A program made the position numbers and the translations under genes. From contig CAZCNB010000005.1 in the NCBI GenBank assembly GCA_964500465.1, forward strand, positions 1 through 54,212: a DNA stretch of 54,212 nt. Reading direction: 5' to 3'. A model generated the notes under the pieces. That model searched no databases. It saw nothing but the letters and a program-made list of their open reading frames with translations, and was not told where the DNA came from. Origin of the DNA: an uncultured Candidatus Saccharibacteria bacterium. Lineage in GTDB: Bacteria; Patescibacteriota; Minisyncoccia; Phycocordibacterales; UBA9973. Each line of letters begins with the position of its first letter. Position 1 is the stretch's first letter. Below, one piece after another: positions 15,621 to 24,145 of the stretch.

Positions 15621-17408
15621 ATGAATTCAGAGACCAGAATATGCCAAAATTGTCAGAACTCCTTTACCGTTGAACCAGATGATTTTTCTTTCTATGAGAA
15701 GATGAAGGTTCCAGCGCCTACATTTTGTCCAATGTGTCGTACTCAAAGAAGATGGGCTTTTCGTAATGAGCGAGGATTGTACAAAAGAAAATGTGATTTT
15801 TCAGGGAAAGAGATTTTTTCAATGTATGCTCCTGATTCACCTGTCAAAGTATATGAGCGAGATATCTGGCTTTCTGATTCATGGGATCCGATGGAGTATG
15901 GACGAGACATAGATTGGTCACGGCCGTTTCTTGCTCAACTTTATGAACTAATGCTTGATGTGCCTTTTAAATCTAATAATATTGTCCAAGGAGTAAATAG
16001 TGATTACTCTAATAATGCAACTGACCCAAAAAATTGTTATCTAGTTTTCAATACAACATGCCCAGAGGATTGTATGTATTCAAATGGACTAAATTATTCA
16101 AGAGACTGTGTTGATGTATCCCATGTTTCGAAATCAGAGAGTTGTTATCAAAGCTTTTGGCTTGGACAATGCTATCGATCTCACTTCTGTTCACAATGTG
16201 TGGATTCAAGTGATTTATGGTTTTGTCGTGATTGCCAGGGGTGTATGAACTGCTTCGGCTCAGTAAATCTTAGAAACAAAAATTATTATTTCTTCAATGA
16301 ACAACTATCAAAAGAAGATTATGAAAAAAGACTAAAAGAATATAATTTACATACTCATAGAGGAGTCGAAAAAGCTTTTAAAGAGACTCATGAATTTTGG
16401 AAAAAATTTCCTAACAAAAACCATCAAGGAATCAAAAACGTAGATTGTACAGGTTCCTATGTCAGTAACTCAAAAAATGTTAAAGACTCGTTTCTAATAA
16501 GAGAGTGCGAAAATTTGCGTTATTGTCAGTATTTACAAGAGACTCCAGGTTCTAAAGATTGTTATGATTATTCAAATTGGGGATATGGCGCAGAAATGGT
16601 ATATGAAGCTATATCATCAGGTTCGGGGATACAGAATGTAAAGTTTGGAATGTTTACTCAAGAAAGTGTCCACGACACGGAATATACAATAGGTTGCACT
16701 AATGGCTCAGCAAATCTATTTGGCTGTGTCGGTTTACGCAAGAAAGAATATTGTATTTTAAATAAACAATACACCAAAGAAAAATACAATGAATTGGTTG
16801 AAAAAATTAAAAAACATATGGATGATATACCATACATCGATAAGATGGAACGGATTTATAAGTATGGAGAGTTTCTACCAGTAGAATTTAGTCCTTGGGC
16901 ATATAATGAAACAATTGCTCAAGAATATTTTCCATTAACAAAAGAGGAAGCACTTGCAAAAGGTTATAGATGGCGAGAACCTGATACAAAAGATTATAAA
17001 CCTACAATACTATCAGAAAAAATTCCAAACGATATTAATGAAGTTAATGAATCTATAACAAAAGAAATAATTGAATGTGCTCACAAAGGAGAGTGCAATC
17101 AAGGATGCACAAAAGCCTTCCGTATAATTCCAGATGAACTCGCTTTCTATAAAAAAGTAGGACTTCCATTACCAATATTATGCCCAGCATGTCGTACAAT
17201 TGAAAGGTTAAAGTTAAGACTAGGAATTCAACTATATGATGAATCGTGTATGTGTAATGGGGCACAATCAAAAGATAGTATTTATAAGAACCAGGTTACA
17301 CACCCGCATGGGGATACCCCTTGCGAGAATAAATTTAAAACCGGATTTAAACCAGAAAACGGGGATTTAGTATATTGTGAGAGTTGTTACCAGCAAGAAG
17401 TAGATTAA
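15621..17408 (+). CDS. Cys-rich zinc-ribbon-bracketed protein, paralog 1 (uncharacterised family)
   Basis: Start trimmed to MNSETRICQNC by homology to paralogs 2-4. Shares the N-terminal module, the GLRxK-YCILNKQY motif, the C-terminal module and the terminal YCESCYQQEV with them. Confidence 0.75.
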   Translation: MNSETRICQNCQNSFTVEPDDFSFYEKMKVPAPTFCPMCRTQRRWAFRNERGLYKRKCDFSGKEIFSMYAPDSPVKVYERDIWLSDSWDPMEYGRDIDWSRPFLAQLYELMLDVPFKSNNIVQGVNSDYSNNATDPKNCYLVFNTTCPEDCMYSNGLNYSRDCVDVSHVSKSESCYQSFWLGQCYRSHFCSQCVDSSDLWFCRDCQGCMNCFGSVNLRNKNYYFFNEQLSKEDYEKRLKEYNLHTHRGVEKAFKETHEFWKKFPNKNHQGIKNVDCTGSYVSNSKNVKDSFLIRECENLRYCQYLQETPGSKDCYDYSNWGYGAEMVYEAISSGSGIQNVKFGMFTQESVHDTEYTIGCTNGSANLFGCVGLRKKEYCILNKQYTKEKYNELVEKIKKHMDDIPYIDKMERIYKYGEFLPVEFSPWAYNETIAQEYFPLTKEEALAKGYRWREPDTKDYKPTILSEKIPNDINEVNESITKEIIECAHKGECNQGCTKAFRIIPDELAFYKKVGLPLPILCPACRTIERLKLRLGIQLYDESCMCNGAQSKDSIYKNQVTHPHGDTPCENKFKTGFKPENGDLVYCESCYQQEVD

Positions 17409-17410
17409 TT

Positions 17411-19117
17411 ATGGAAACTAGAAACTGTCAAAACTGCAAAAATGATTTCAATATCGAGCCAGATGACTTTTCTTTTTATGAAAAGATGAAAGTGCCAGCG
17501 CCGACTTTTTGTCCGGAATGTAGGGCTATTAGAAGATTAACTTTTCGAAACGAAAGGGTTTGGTATAGGAGAAATTGTAATGCAACCAACCAGCCAATAC
17601 TTTCAATGTTCTCACCTGATTCACCCTATATTGTATATGAAGAAAAATATTGGAAAAGTGATGCTTGGGATCCAATGGATTACGGAAAGGAGTATGACCC
17701 AAATCGTAGATTTTTTGAACAGTTAGATGAACTTTTCAAAACGGTTCCTCATCCAAACCTAACTCAAAAAAATAATGTAAATTGCGGATACTCCAATTAC
17801 ACTCTTAACGGGAAAAATTGCTATTATTGCGCTAGTTTTGACGAAGTAGAGGATAGTTCATATTGTTTTACAAATAATACTAGAATAAAAAACTGCTTGG
17901 ATTTACATGTATCCTCTGAATCAGAATACTCTTACGAACTTATTGATTCAAAAAAATGTAATAGAGTGGCTTACGCTCAGAATTGTGAGTCATGCGTAAA
18001 TTCTACTTTACTGTACGATTGCAGAAATTGTACAGATTGCTTTGGTTGTGTTGGTTTGCGAAATAAACAATATTGTATTTTTAACCAACAATATGACAAA
18101 GAAGGGTATAAAGAAGCTATTAAGAAATTATGGGATGGTAGTTATTATGCAGCGCATGAAGCAATAGAAGCTTTTAATGAGTTAAAATTACAAATTCCTC
18201 ACAAATTTGCTAATATACTTAACTCTCAAAATGTGTCAGGTGATAATATTGCCAATGCTCGAAATTGTCATGAATGCTATGTTGCGAAAGAAAATGTAGA
18301 AAACTGCAAGTACTGTTATAGAATATGGGAAAATACAAAAGACGGTTGGGATACTTATTGTGCTTGGAAAGGTTCAGAACTTTTCTATGAGGCACATAGT
18401 ATAATTGGTCAACGCATATTATTTTCTCTCTATGTATGGGGTGGTCACGATATTGAGTATTCATACAATTGTTTTGACTGCAATGATATATTCGGCTGTG
18501 TTGGATTGAGAAATAAATCATATTGTGTTTTTAATAAGCAATATACAAAAGAGGAATATATAGATTTAGTTAAAAAAATCAAAGAAGACATGTTGAATAG
18601 TAAAGAATATGGAGAATTCCTTCCAAGTAGCATGTCGCCTTTTGCATACAACGAAACAATTGCTCAAGATTATTTTCCAATGACAGAACAAGAGATAAAT
18701 CAAAAGGGTTATAGATTTAAAAAACCAGAAACTAAAAGTTATAACATAACCATGGCTACTGAAAATATTCCTAACAATATATCAGATATAGATGAGTCGA
18801 TACTGGGTGAAGTTATTGGATGTTTGCATCAAGGAAAATGCTCTGATCTTTGTGCCACTGCGTTTAAAATTACAAAGGAAGAACTACAATTTTATAAAAA
18901 CTTAAATCTCCCTCTACCTCGTCTTTGTCCGAGCTGTCGCCACTTCAATAGAGTAAGATTAAAAAATCCAATGAAACTTTGGTCTCGTTTTTGTATGTGT
19001 GATAAACCAAATCACGACCATGAAAATAAATGCTCCAATGAATTTAAAACCCCTTATTCTCCAGATCGACCTGAGATAATTTACTGCGAGCAATGTTATC
19101 AGAAAGAAATTCTTTAA
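17411..19117 (+). CDS. Cys-rich zinc-ribbon-bracketed protein, paralog 2
   Basis: METRNCQNCKNDFNIEPDDFSFYEKMKVPAPTFCPECR...YCEQCYQKEIL. The ATG lies 2 nt after the paralog 1 stop (TAATTATGGAAAC). Confidence 0.8.
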   Translation: METRNCQNCKNDFNIEPDDFSFYEKMKVPAPTFCPECRAIRRLTFRNERVWYRRNCNATNQPILSMFSPDSPYIVYEEKYWKSDAWDPMDYGKEYDPNRRFFEQLDELFKTVPHPNLTQKNNVNCGYSNYTLNGKNCYYCASFDEVEDSSYCFTNNTRIKNCLDLHVSSESEYSYELIDSKKCNRVAYAQNCESCVNSTLLYDCRNCTDCFGCVGLRNKQYCIFNQQYDKEGYKEAIKKLWDGSYYAAHEAIEAFNELKLQIPHKFANILNSQNVSGDNIANARNCHECYVAKENVENCKYCYRIWENTKDGWDTYCAWKGSELFYEAHSIIGQRILFSLYVWGGHDIEYSYNCFDCNDIFGCVGLRNKSYCVFNKQYTKEEYIDLVKKIKEDMLNSKEYGEFLPSSMSPFAYNETIAQDYFPMTEQEINQKGYRFKKPETKSYNITMATENIPNNISDIDESILGEVIGCLHQGKCSDLCATAFKITKEELQFYKNLNLPLPRLCPSCRHFNRVRLKNPMKLWSRFCMCDKPNHDHENKCSNEFKTPYSPDRPEIIYCEQCYQKEIL

Positions 19118-19119
19118 TT

Positions 19120-20820
19120 ATGGAAACCCGAAACTGCCAGAATTGCAAAAATAACTTCACAATCGAACCGGATGATTTTTCTTTCTATGAGAAGATGAAG
19201 GTTCCAACACCGACGTTTTGTCCGGAATGTAGAATGATAAGAAGGATGATATGGCGGAATCATAGATCTTTTTACCGCAGAATATGTTTATTATGCAGTA
19301 AAACACTTTTATCTGTATATAAAGACGAACAAGCTCCAGTTATGTGCACTGAATGTTGGATGGGTGATAAATGGGACCCCCATATGAACCAAAGAGATAT
19401 AGATTTCAATATCCCTTTCTTAAGCCAAATAAATGAAATATTTAAACTTCAACCAAGGACATTTCAATACAGAGGTGGTTCTATTGTTAATTGTGATTAT
19501 GCAAACTCTGTATTTAACTCAAAAAATATATACTTATCATTTTCTCTTGTAAACTCAGAAGATATTTCCTTCTCAGAGAATGTTGATAACTCAAAAAACT
19601 CCATAGACTGCCTTTATTGTACGGAAATAGATAGATGTTCTTGGAACATAGACTGCACCGGTAATTATAACTGCCACTTTATGGTTGATTCACACAAGAA
19701 TATAGATTCTTGTTTCTTATATGATTGTACTAATTGTTCAAATTGTTGTTTATCTTCTAATTTAAGAAATAAATCATACGTATTTAAAAATATACAACTA
19801 TCAAAACAAGATTATGAAAAAGCAGTTCATGATTTAAAATTAAATACTTATTCTGGATTTAAGATGGCAGAAAAAGAATTTAACTCAATTAAATTAAATT
19901 CTATAATTAAGTTTGCAAAAAATATAAATTCAGTAAATGCAACAGGAGATCATATAGCCAATTCAAAAGATATCAAAAAATCTTTCGATATTGGAAAATC
20001 TGAGAATATTTCCGATACGTTTAGAGTAATTGAAACAAAAGATTTGAAAGATTGCTGTTGGGTGTTAAGAGGTGAATCTGAATATGAAACAATATCTGGA
20101 ACTGACAATTCTAGTAATGAGATTGGATGCGCAGTGTGTTTCACATCTACAAGGATGGAATATTCTCTTTTCTGTAGAGGATGCTCCGATTGTTTCGGAT
20201 GTGTTGGATTAAAAAATGCAAAGTATTGTATTTTAAACAAACAATATAAAAAAGAAGAATATGAAGAACTCGTTCCAAAAATCAGACAGCAAATGATGGA
20301 CCTTCCTTTTGTAGATTCCAATGGTCGTGTATATAGATATGGAGAATTTTTCCCATATGAAATGTCTCCTTTTGGATACAATGAAACACTAGCTCACGAC
20401 TATTTCCCTAAATCAAAAGAAGAAATAATTAACTCAGGTTTTAATTGGAAGGAACCAGAAGCTAGGGACTACCAGATAACTAAAGATGAGAGTAGTCTTG
20501 AGGATAGTATAGGAAATACTGATGATTCTGTGCTTAACGATATAATAAAATGCCCAAATCAAGGCAATTACTTATATCAGTGTACATCTGCATTTAGAAT
20601 CACAAAAGAAGAACTTCTTTTTTACAAGCAAAATAATTTACCTATACCAAGATATTGCCCAAACTGTCGTCATTATGAGCGTCTAAAATATAGAAACCCT
20701 ATGAAATTGTATAAAAGGTCTTGTAGTAATGGTTGTGGGAGAGAATTTGAGACTACTTATTCTCCAGACAGGCCTGAGAGAGTCTATTGTGAGCAGTGTT
20801 ATCAGGCTGAGGTTCTCTAA
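19120..20820 (+). CDS. Cys-rich zinc-ribbon-bracketed protein, paralog 3
   Basis: METRNCQNCKNNFTIEPDDFSFYEKMKVPTPTFCPECR...YCEQCYQAEVL. The stop-start junction TAATTATGGAAAC is identical to the paralog 1/2 junction. Confidence 0.8.
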   Translation: METRNCQNCKNNFTIEPDDFSFYEKMKVPTPTFCPECRMIRRMIWRNHRSFYRRICLLCSKTLLSVYKDEQAPVMCTECWMGDKWDPHMNQRDIDFNIPFLSQINEIFKLQPRTFQYRGGSIVNCDYANSVFNSKNIYLSFSLVNSEDISFSENVDNSKNSIDCLYCTEIDRCSWNIDCTGNYNCHFMVDSHKNIDSCFLYDCTNCSNCCLSSNLRNKSYVFKNIQLSKQDYEKAVHDLKLNTYSGFKMAEKEFNSIKLNSIIKFAKNINSVNATGDHIANSKDIKKSFDIGKSENISDTFRVIETKDLKDCCWVLRGESEYETISGTDNSSNEIGCAVCFTSTRMEYSLFCRGCSDCFGCVGLKNAKYCILNKQYKKEEYEELVPKIRQQMMDLPFVDSNGRVYRYGEFFPYEMSPFGYNETLAHDYFPKSKEEIINSGFNWKEPEARDYQITKDESSLEDSIGNTDDSVLNDIIKCPNQGNYLYQCTSAFRITKEELLFYKQNNLPIPRYCPNCRHYERLKYRNPMKLYKRSCSNGCGREFETTYSPDRPERVYCEQCYQAEVL

Positions 20821-21007
20821 AAGGGAAATATTTTCTCTAAAACTACACAAAAATTTTAGAATATTTTTGTAATTTTTAAACTGTGAATTTTTATCAAATT
20901 TTGTCTGAAAATAGACTTAAGTTTGAACGATTTTTAAGCGCAGAGTCAACCAGTTATTGACGCAAATGAAACATTACGACATAGTTCTGTATTTTTTAGT
21001 TATTCAC

Positions 21008-21037
21008 TTGTGGATGGGCTCGGCTCGAGAGTATAAT
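21008..21037 (+). promoter_or_regulatory. Candidate sigma70-type promoter of nrdJ (TTGTGG-N18-TATAAT)
   Basis: ttgtgg at 21008-21013 and tataat at 21032-21037, with a ~45-nt leader to the ATG at 21087. Confidence 0.35.
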
Positions 21038-21086
21038 GTAATTCCAAAACTTTTGGGATAACATTATTAGCTAAAATTTATAAAAC

Positions 21087-23420
21087 ATGCCTTCAAAAAA
21101 AAGTGCTAAAAGTACAAAAAAGGTCGCAAGTGTTAAAGTATCTTCTGTTCCAGAAAAAATAATTAGTAAGAATAATTTTATTAAAAGTGTTCAAAAAAGA
21201 GATGGTGTTATCGTCCCTTTTGATATCGAAAAGATAGTTAATGCTATTAATAAAGCTATGCTTGCTTCTAATGAAGGCTCAATGAAGGAGGCTGAGATGG
21301 TTGCTAATAGGGTTGTAATGGAATTAGTTAAAATAACTAAGCGCCACAAGAATTTTATACCCACAGTTGAAGGTGTTCAGAACACTGTTGAGCAAGAATT
21401 GATGCTCGCTGACTATGTAAAGACTTCTAAAAATTATATTCTTTACCGTGAAGAACGTGCACGACTACGCGCACATAGCATAGTAGTGCCAGAGCGCGTT
21501 AAGAAACTTGCTGATGAAAGTAAAAAATATTTCCGCAATCCACTTTCTGAATTTGTTTACTATAGAAGTTATGCAAAGTGGATAGAAGAAGAGGGAAGAA
21601 GAGAAACTTGGATTGAAACAATCGACCGCTACGTTGCTTTCATGAAAAAAAATCTTGGTAATAAATTAAAAGAAAGTGAATACAAAGAAATTCGTGAAGC
21701 AATTTTAAAACAAGAAGCAATGCCATCAATGCGACTACTTCAGTTCGCCGGACCTGCTGCAGAGAAAACAAATGTTTGTGCATACAACTGTTCATTTATT
21801 GCACCATCACGCTTCGAAGACTTTGGAGAAATAATTTACATATCAATGTGTGGAACTGGAGTAGGATTTTCTGTTGAGAGTAAAAATATTCAAGCACTTC
21901 CACAAATAAAAAATCAAACAGGTAAAAAGTTGCCAACTTTCGTTGTTCCAGATACTAAAGAAGGATGGGCTGATGCTTTTGTGCTTGGAATGAAGACATG
22001 GTTTAACGGGGAAGATATAGATTTTGATTTTTCACAACTTCGTCCAGCTGGAGCTCGTCTTAAAATAATGGGAGGTAAGAGCTCTGGTCCTAAGCCGCTT
22101 ATTGATCTACTAGGATTTACTCGTGAAAGAATCCTAAAGCGCCAAGGCCGTCATCTTAGAAATATAGATGCACACGACATAATATGTAAGATAGGTGAGT
22201 GTGTAGTTTCAGGAGGTGTTCGCCGTAGCGCCCTTATTTCGCTATCAGATTTAGATGACCAAGACATGCGTGACGCTAAAAATGGTCAATTTTGGCTCAA
22301 CGAGGGCCAAAGAATGCTTGCTAATAACTCCGCAGTTTATAATACAAAACCAACAGAAACAGAGTTCTTAAAAGAATGGATTGCTCTTATGGAATCAGGC
22401 TCTGGTGAAAGAGGAATATTTAATCGAGGTTCATTATATACCTCACTTCCAAAACGCCGACTAGAAGTCTCAAAAAATTATATCGGCGAAATGGGAACAA
22501 ATCCTTGTGGAGAAATAATCTTGCGCTCACGACAGTTCTGTAATTTATCAGAAGTTGTTGCACGTTCCGAAGATACAGAAGCAACACTCATGAAAAAAAT
22601 TCGTATCGCAACAATACTTGGAACTTACCAATCTACTCTCACAAAGTTTGGATACCTTTCAAAGGAATGGAAAGACAATTGTGAAGCAGAAAGATTGCTA
22701 GGAGTTTCTGTAACAGGTCAATGGGATTCAACTGTTGCTCGAAATGGCGATATGTTGAAAAAATTAAGAAACGAAGCAATTCGTGTTAATAAAATCTATG
22801 CAAAACGTTTCGGTATAAACGAATCTACATGCATCACTTGTGTTAAACCATCCGGAACAGTTTCTCAAACAGTAGATTGTGCTTCAGGCATGCATCCAAG
22901 ACATGCTCCATACTATATCCGTCGTATTAGAATATCTGCAACAGATTCGCTATTTAAAATGATGAAAGATCAAGGTGTTCCTTATTATCCAGAAGTTGGT
23001 CAGTCAATCGATAGTGCAAATACTTTCGTATTAGAATTTCCAATGAAAGCACCAGATGGTGCAATATGTAAAGATGATATATCAGCAATTGATCAACTTG
23101 AACACTGGAAGGTAGTAAAAGTAAATTACACAGAACACAATCCGTCTGTAACAGTTTCAGTTGGAGAAAATGAATGGATTCAAGTTGCACATTGGCTTTA
23201 TCAGAACTGGGAAATAGTAGGAGGGTTATCATTCTTACCTCGTTCAAATCACGTTTATCAACTTGCTCCATATGAGGCCATTGATGAAAAAACATATAAA
23301 GCATTAACAAGCAAAATGCCAGATTTTGATTTCTCAAAAATCGTTACTTATGAACTTCGTGACGAGACAGAAGTTAAAAAGGAACTTGCTTGTGTTGCTG
23401 GAGTTTGTGATATAGTTTAA
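21087..23420 (+). CDS. nrdJ: Adenosylcobalamin-dependent (class II) ribonucleotide reductase with an N-terminal ATP-cone
   Basis: ATP-cone (VQKRDGVIVPFDIEKIVNAI), active-site TNPCGEI, a C-terminal redox Cys pair (ELACVAGVCDIV) and a size typical of monomeric class II RNR. Confidence 0.85.
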   Translation: MPSKKSAKSTKKVASVKVSSVPEKIISKNNFIKSVQKRDGVIVPFDIEKIVNAINKAMLASNEGSMKEAEMVANRVVMELVKITKRHKNFIPTVEGVQNTVEQELMLADYVKTSKNYILYREERARLRAHSIVVPERVKKLADESKKYFRNPLSEFVYYRSYAKWIEEEGRRETWIETIDRYVAFMKKNLGNKLKESEYKEIREAILKQEAMPSMRLLQFAGPAAEKTNVCAYNCSFIAPSRFEDFGEIIYISMCGTGVGFSVESKNIQALPQIKNQTGKKLPTFVVPDTKEGWADAFVLGMKTWFNGEDIDFDFSQLRPAGARLKIMGGKSSGPKPLIDLLGFTRERILKRQGRHLRNIDAHDIICKIGECVVSGGVRRSALISLSDLDDQDMRDAKNGQFWLNEGQRMLANNSAVYNTKPTETEFLKEWIALMESGSGERGIFNRGSLYTSLPKRRLEVSKNYIGEMGTNPCGEIILRSRQFCNLSEVVARSEDTEATLMKKIRIATILGTYQSTLTKFGYLSKEWKDNCEAERLLGVSVTGQWDSTVARNGDMLKKLRNEAIRVNKIYAKRFGINESTCITCVKPSGTVSQTVDCASGMHPRHAPYYIRRIRISATDSLFKMMKDQGVPYYPEVGQSIDSANTFVLEFPMKAPDGAICKDDISAIDQLEHWKVVKVNYTEHNPSVTVSVGENEWIQVAHWLYQNWEIVGGLSFLPRSNHVYQLAPYEAIDEKTYKALTSKMPDFDFSKIVTYELRDETEVKKELACVAGVCDIV

Positions 23421-23430
23421 TATCAAAATT

Positions 23431-23958
23431 ATGAATATAAATTTACTAAAATACATAATAGCCTTCACAGGTGTGCTAATTGTCAGACTCATACCTTTTA
23501 GAGCCCCTAACCTTGAACCAGTACTCGCTGTACAGATGCCATTTTCTAAAAAATACAGCAAAATTGCTTCATTTTTGTTTGGATTCTTAAGTATTACTGT
23601 ATATGATTTATTTACTTCTGGACTAGGCGTTTGGACTATTGTTACAGCTGTTTGCTATGGTTTACTTGGACTATGGGCATCATACTTCTTTAAAAATAGG
23701 TCAGGATGGAGAAATTACGCACTATATGCTGTTATGGCTACAATACTTTACGATTGCTTAACTGGGCTTACAGTAGGACCTATAGTCTTCGGACAGTCAT
23801 TTATATCTGCATTACTCGGTCAAATACCTTTTACCGCAATACACTTGCTTGGCAATGTATCATTTGCTATAGTACTTTCACCTATTATTGAAATGTGGTT
23901 ACAGAAAGAATCGAAGAAAGTCATAGTAAGTAGTAGTAAGGTAGTTTTGAATAGTTAG
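23431..23958 (+). CDS. Small polytopic membrane protein; candidate solitary vitamin (cobalamin?) uptake component
   Basis: 175 aa with 5-6 TM helices and an RLIPFRAPNLEPVLA motif. It sits between nrdJ and the cobalamin-riboswitch-like leader. The functional call rests on context only. Confidence 0.35.
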   Translation: MNINLLKYIIAFTGVLIVRLIPFRAPNLEPVLAVQMPFSKKYSKIASFLFGFLSITVYDLFTSGLGVWTIVTAVCYGLLGLWASYFFKNRSGWRNYALYAVMATILYDCLTGLTVGPIVFGQSFISALLGQIPFTAIHLLGNVSFAIVLSPIIEMWLQKESKKVIVSSSKVVLNS

Positions 23959-23976
23959 AACCTTTTAAAATTTAAT

Positions 23977-24105
23977 CTATTTTGTTTGGAAGTGAGGTTA
24001 GATTCCTCCACTGTGCCGCAACGGTAATACCATAAAATGGTCAAGTCCGATCTTAACAATATAGTTGTTCGTCCCGAGCAGGAACAGATTTTTATAGACT
24101 TTTAT
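23977..24105 (+). promoter_or_regulatory. Compact cobalamin riboswitch-like aptamer and linker
   Basis: P1-like helix ctattttgtt (23977-86) / aacaatatag (24055-64). The core reads ggaagtgaggttagattcctccactgtgccgcaacggtaa, resembling the GGTGAAAATCC...ACGG-CCCGCC-ACTGTAA core. A B12-box-like caagtccga lies at 24042-24050. Confidence 0.55.
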
Positions 24106-24145
24106 AAAAACTCCTCTGATTTCTACTCGGGGGAGTTTTTATTTT
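24106..24145 (+). terminator. Intrinsic terminator / expression platform of the riboswitch
   Basis: 11-bp stem aaaaactcctc / gggggagtttt(t) with a 13-nt loop, then tttttatttt, ending 1 nt before the ATG at 24146. The right arm contains GGAG 10 nt before the ATG. cccgag (24073-78) can alternatively pair with ctcggg (24126-31). Confidence 0.6.

Noticed and set aside
17384-17410. Upstream alternative starts for paralogs 2 and 3 (17384 and 19093), which would overlap the preceding gene by about 25 nt
   Set aside because: All four paralogs align from METRxCQNC. The extensions are non-conserved read-through of the previous gene's 3' end in another frame.
20847-20870. 8-bp inverted repeat acaaaaat-N8-atttttgt upstream of nrdJ as a possible NrdR box
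   Set aside because: It is pure A/T apart from one C/G pair and does not match the NrdR-box consensus as I recall it (acaCwAtATaTwGtgt). Such palindromes are expected by chance in an AT-rich spacer.
21087-23420. Intein or intron in nrdJ
   Set aside because: At 777 aa including the ATP-cone the length is normal. The catalytic motifs are contiguous and there are no homing-endonuclease motifs.
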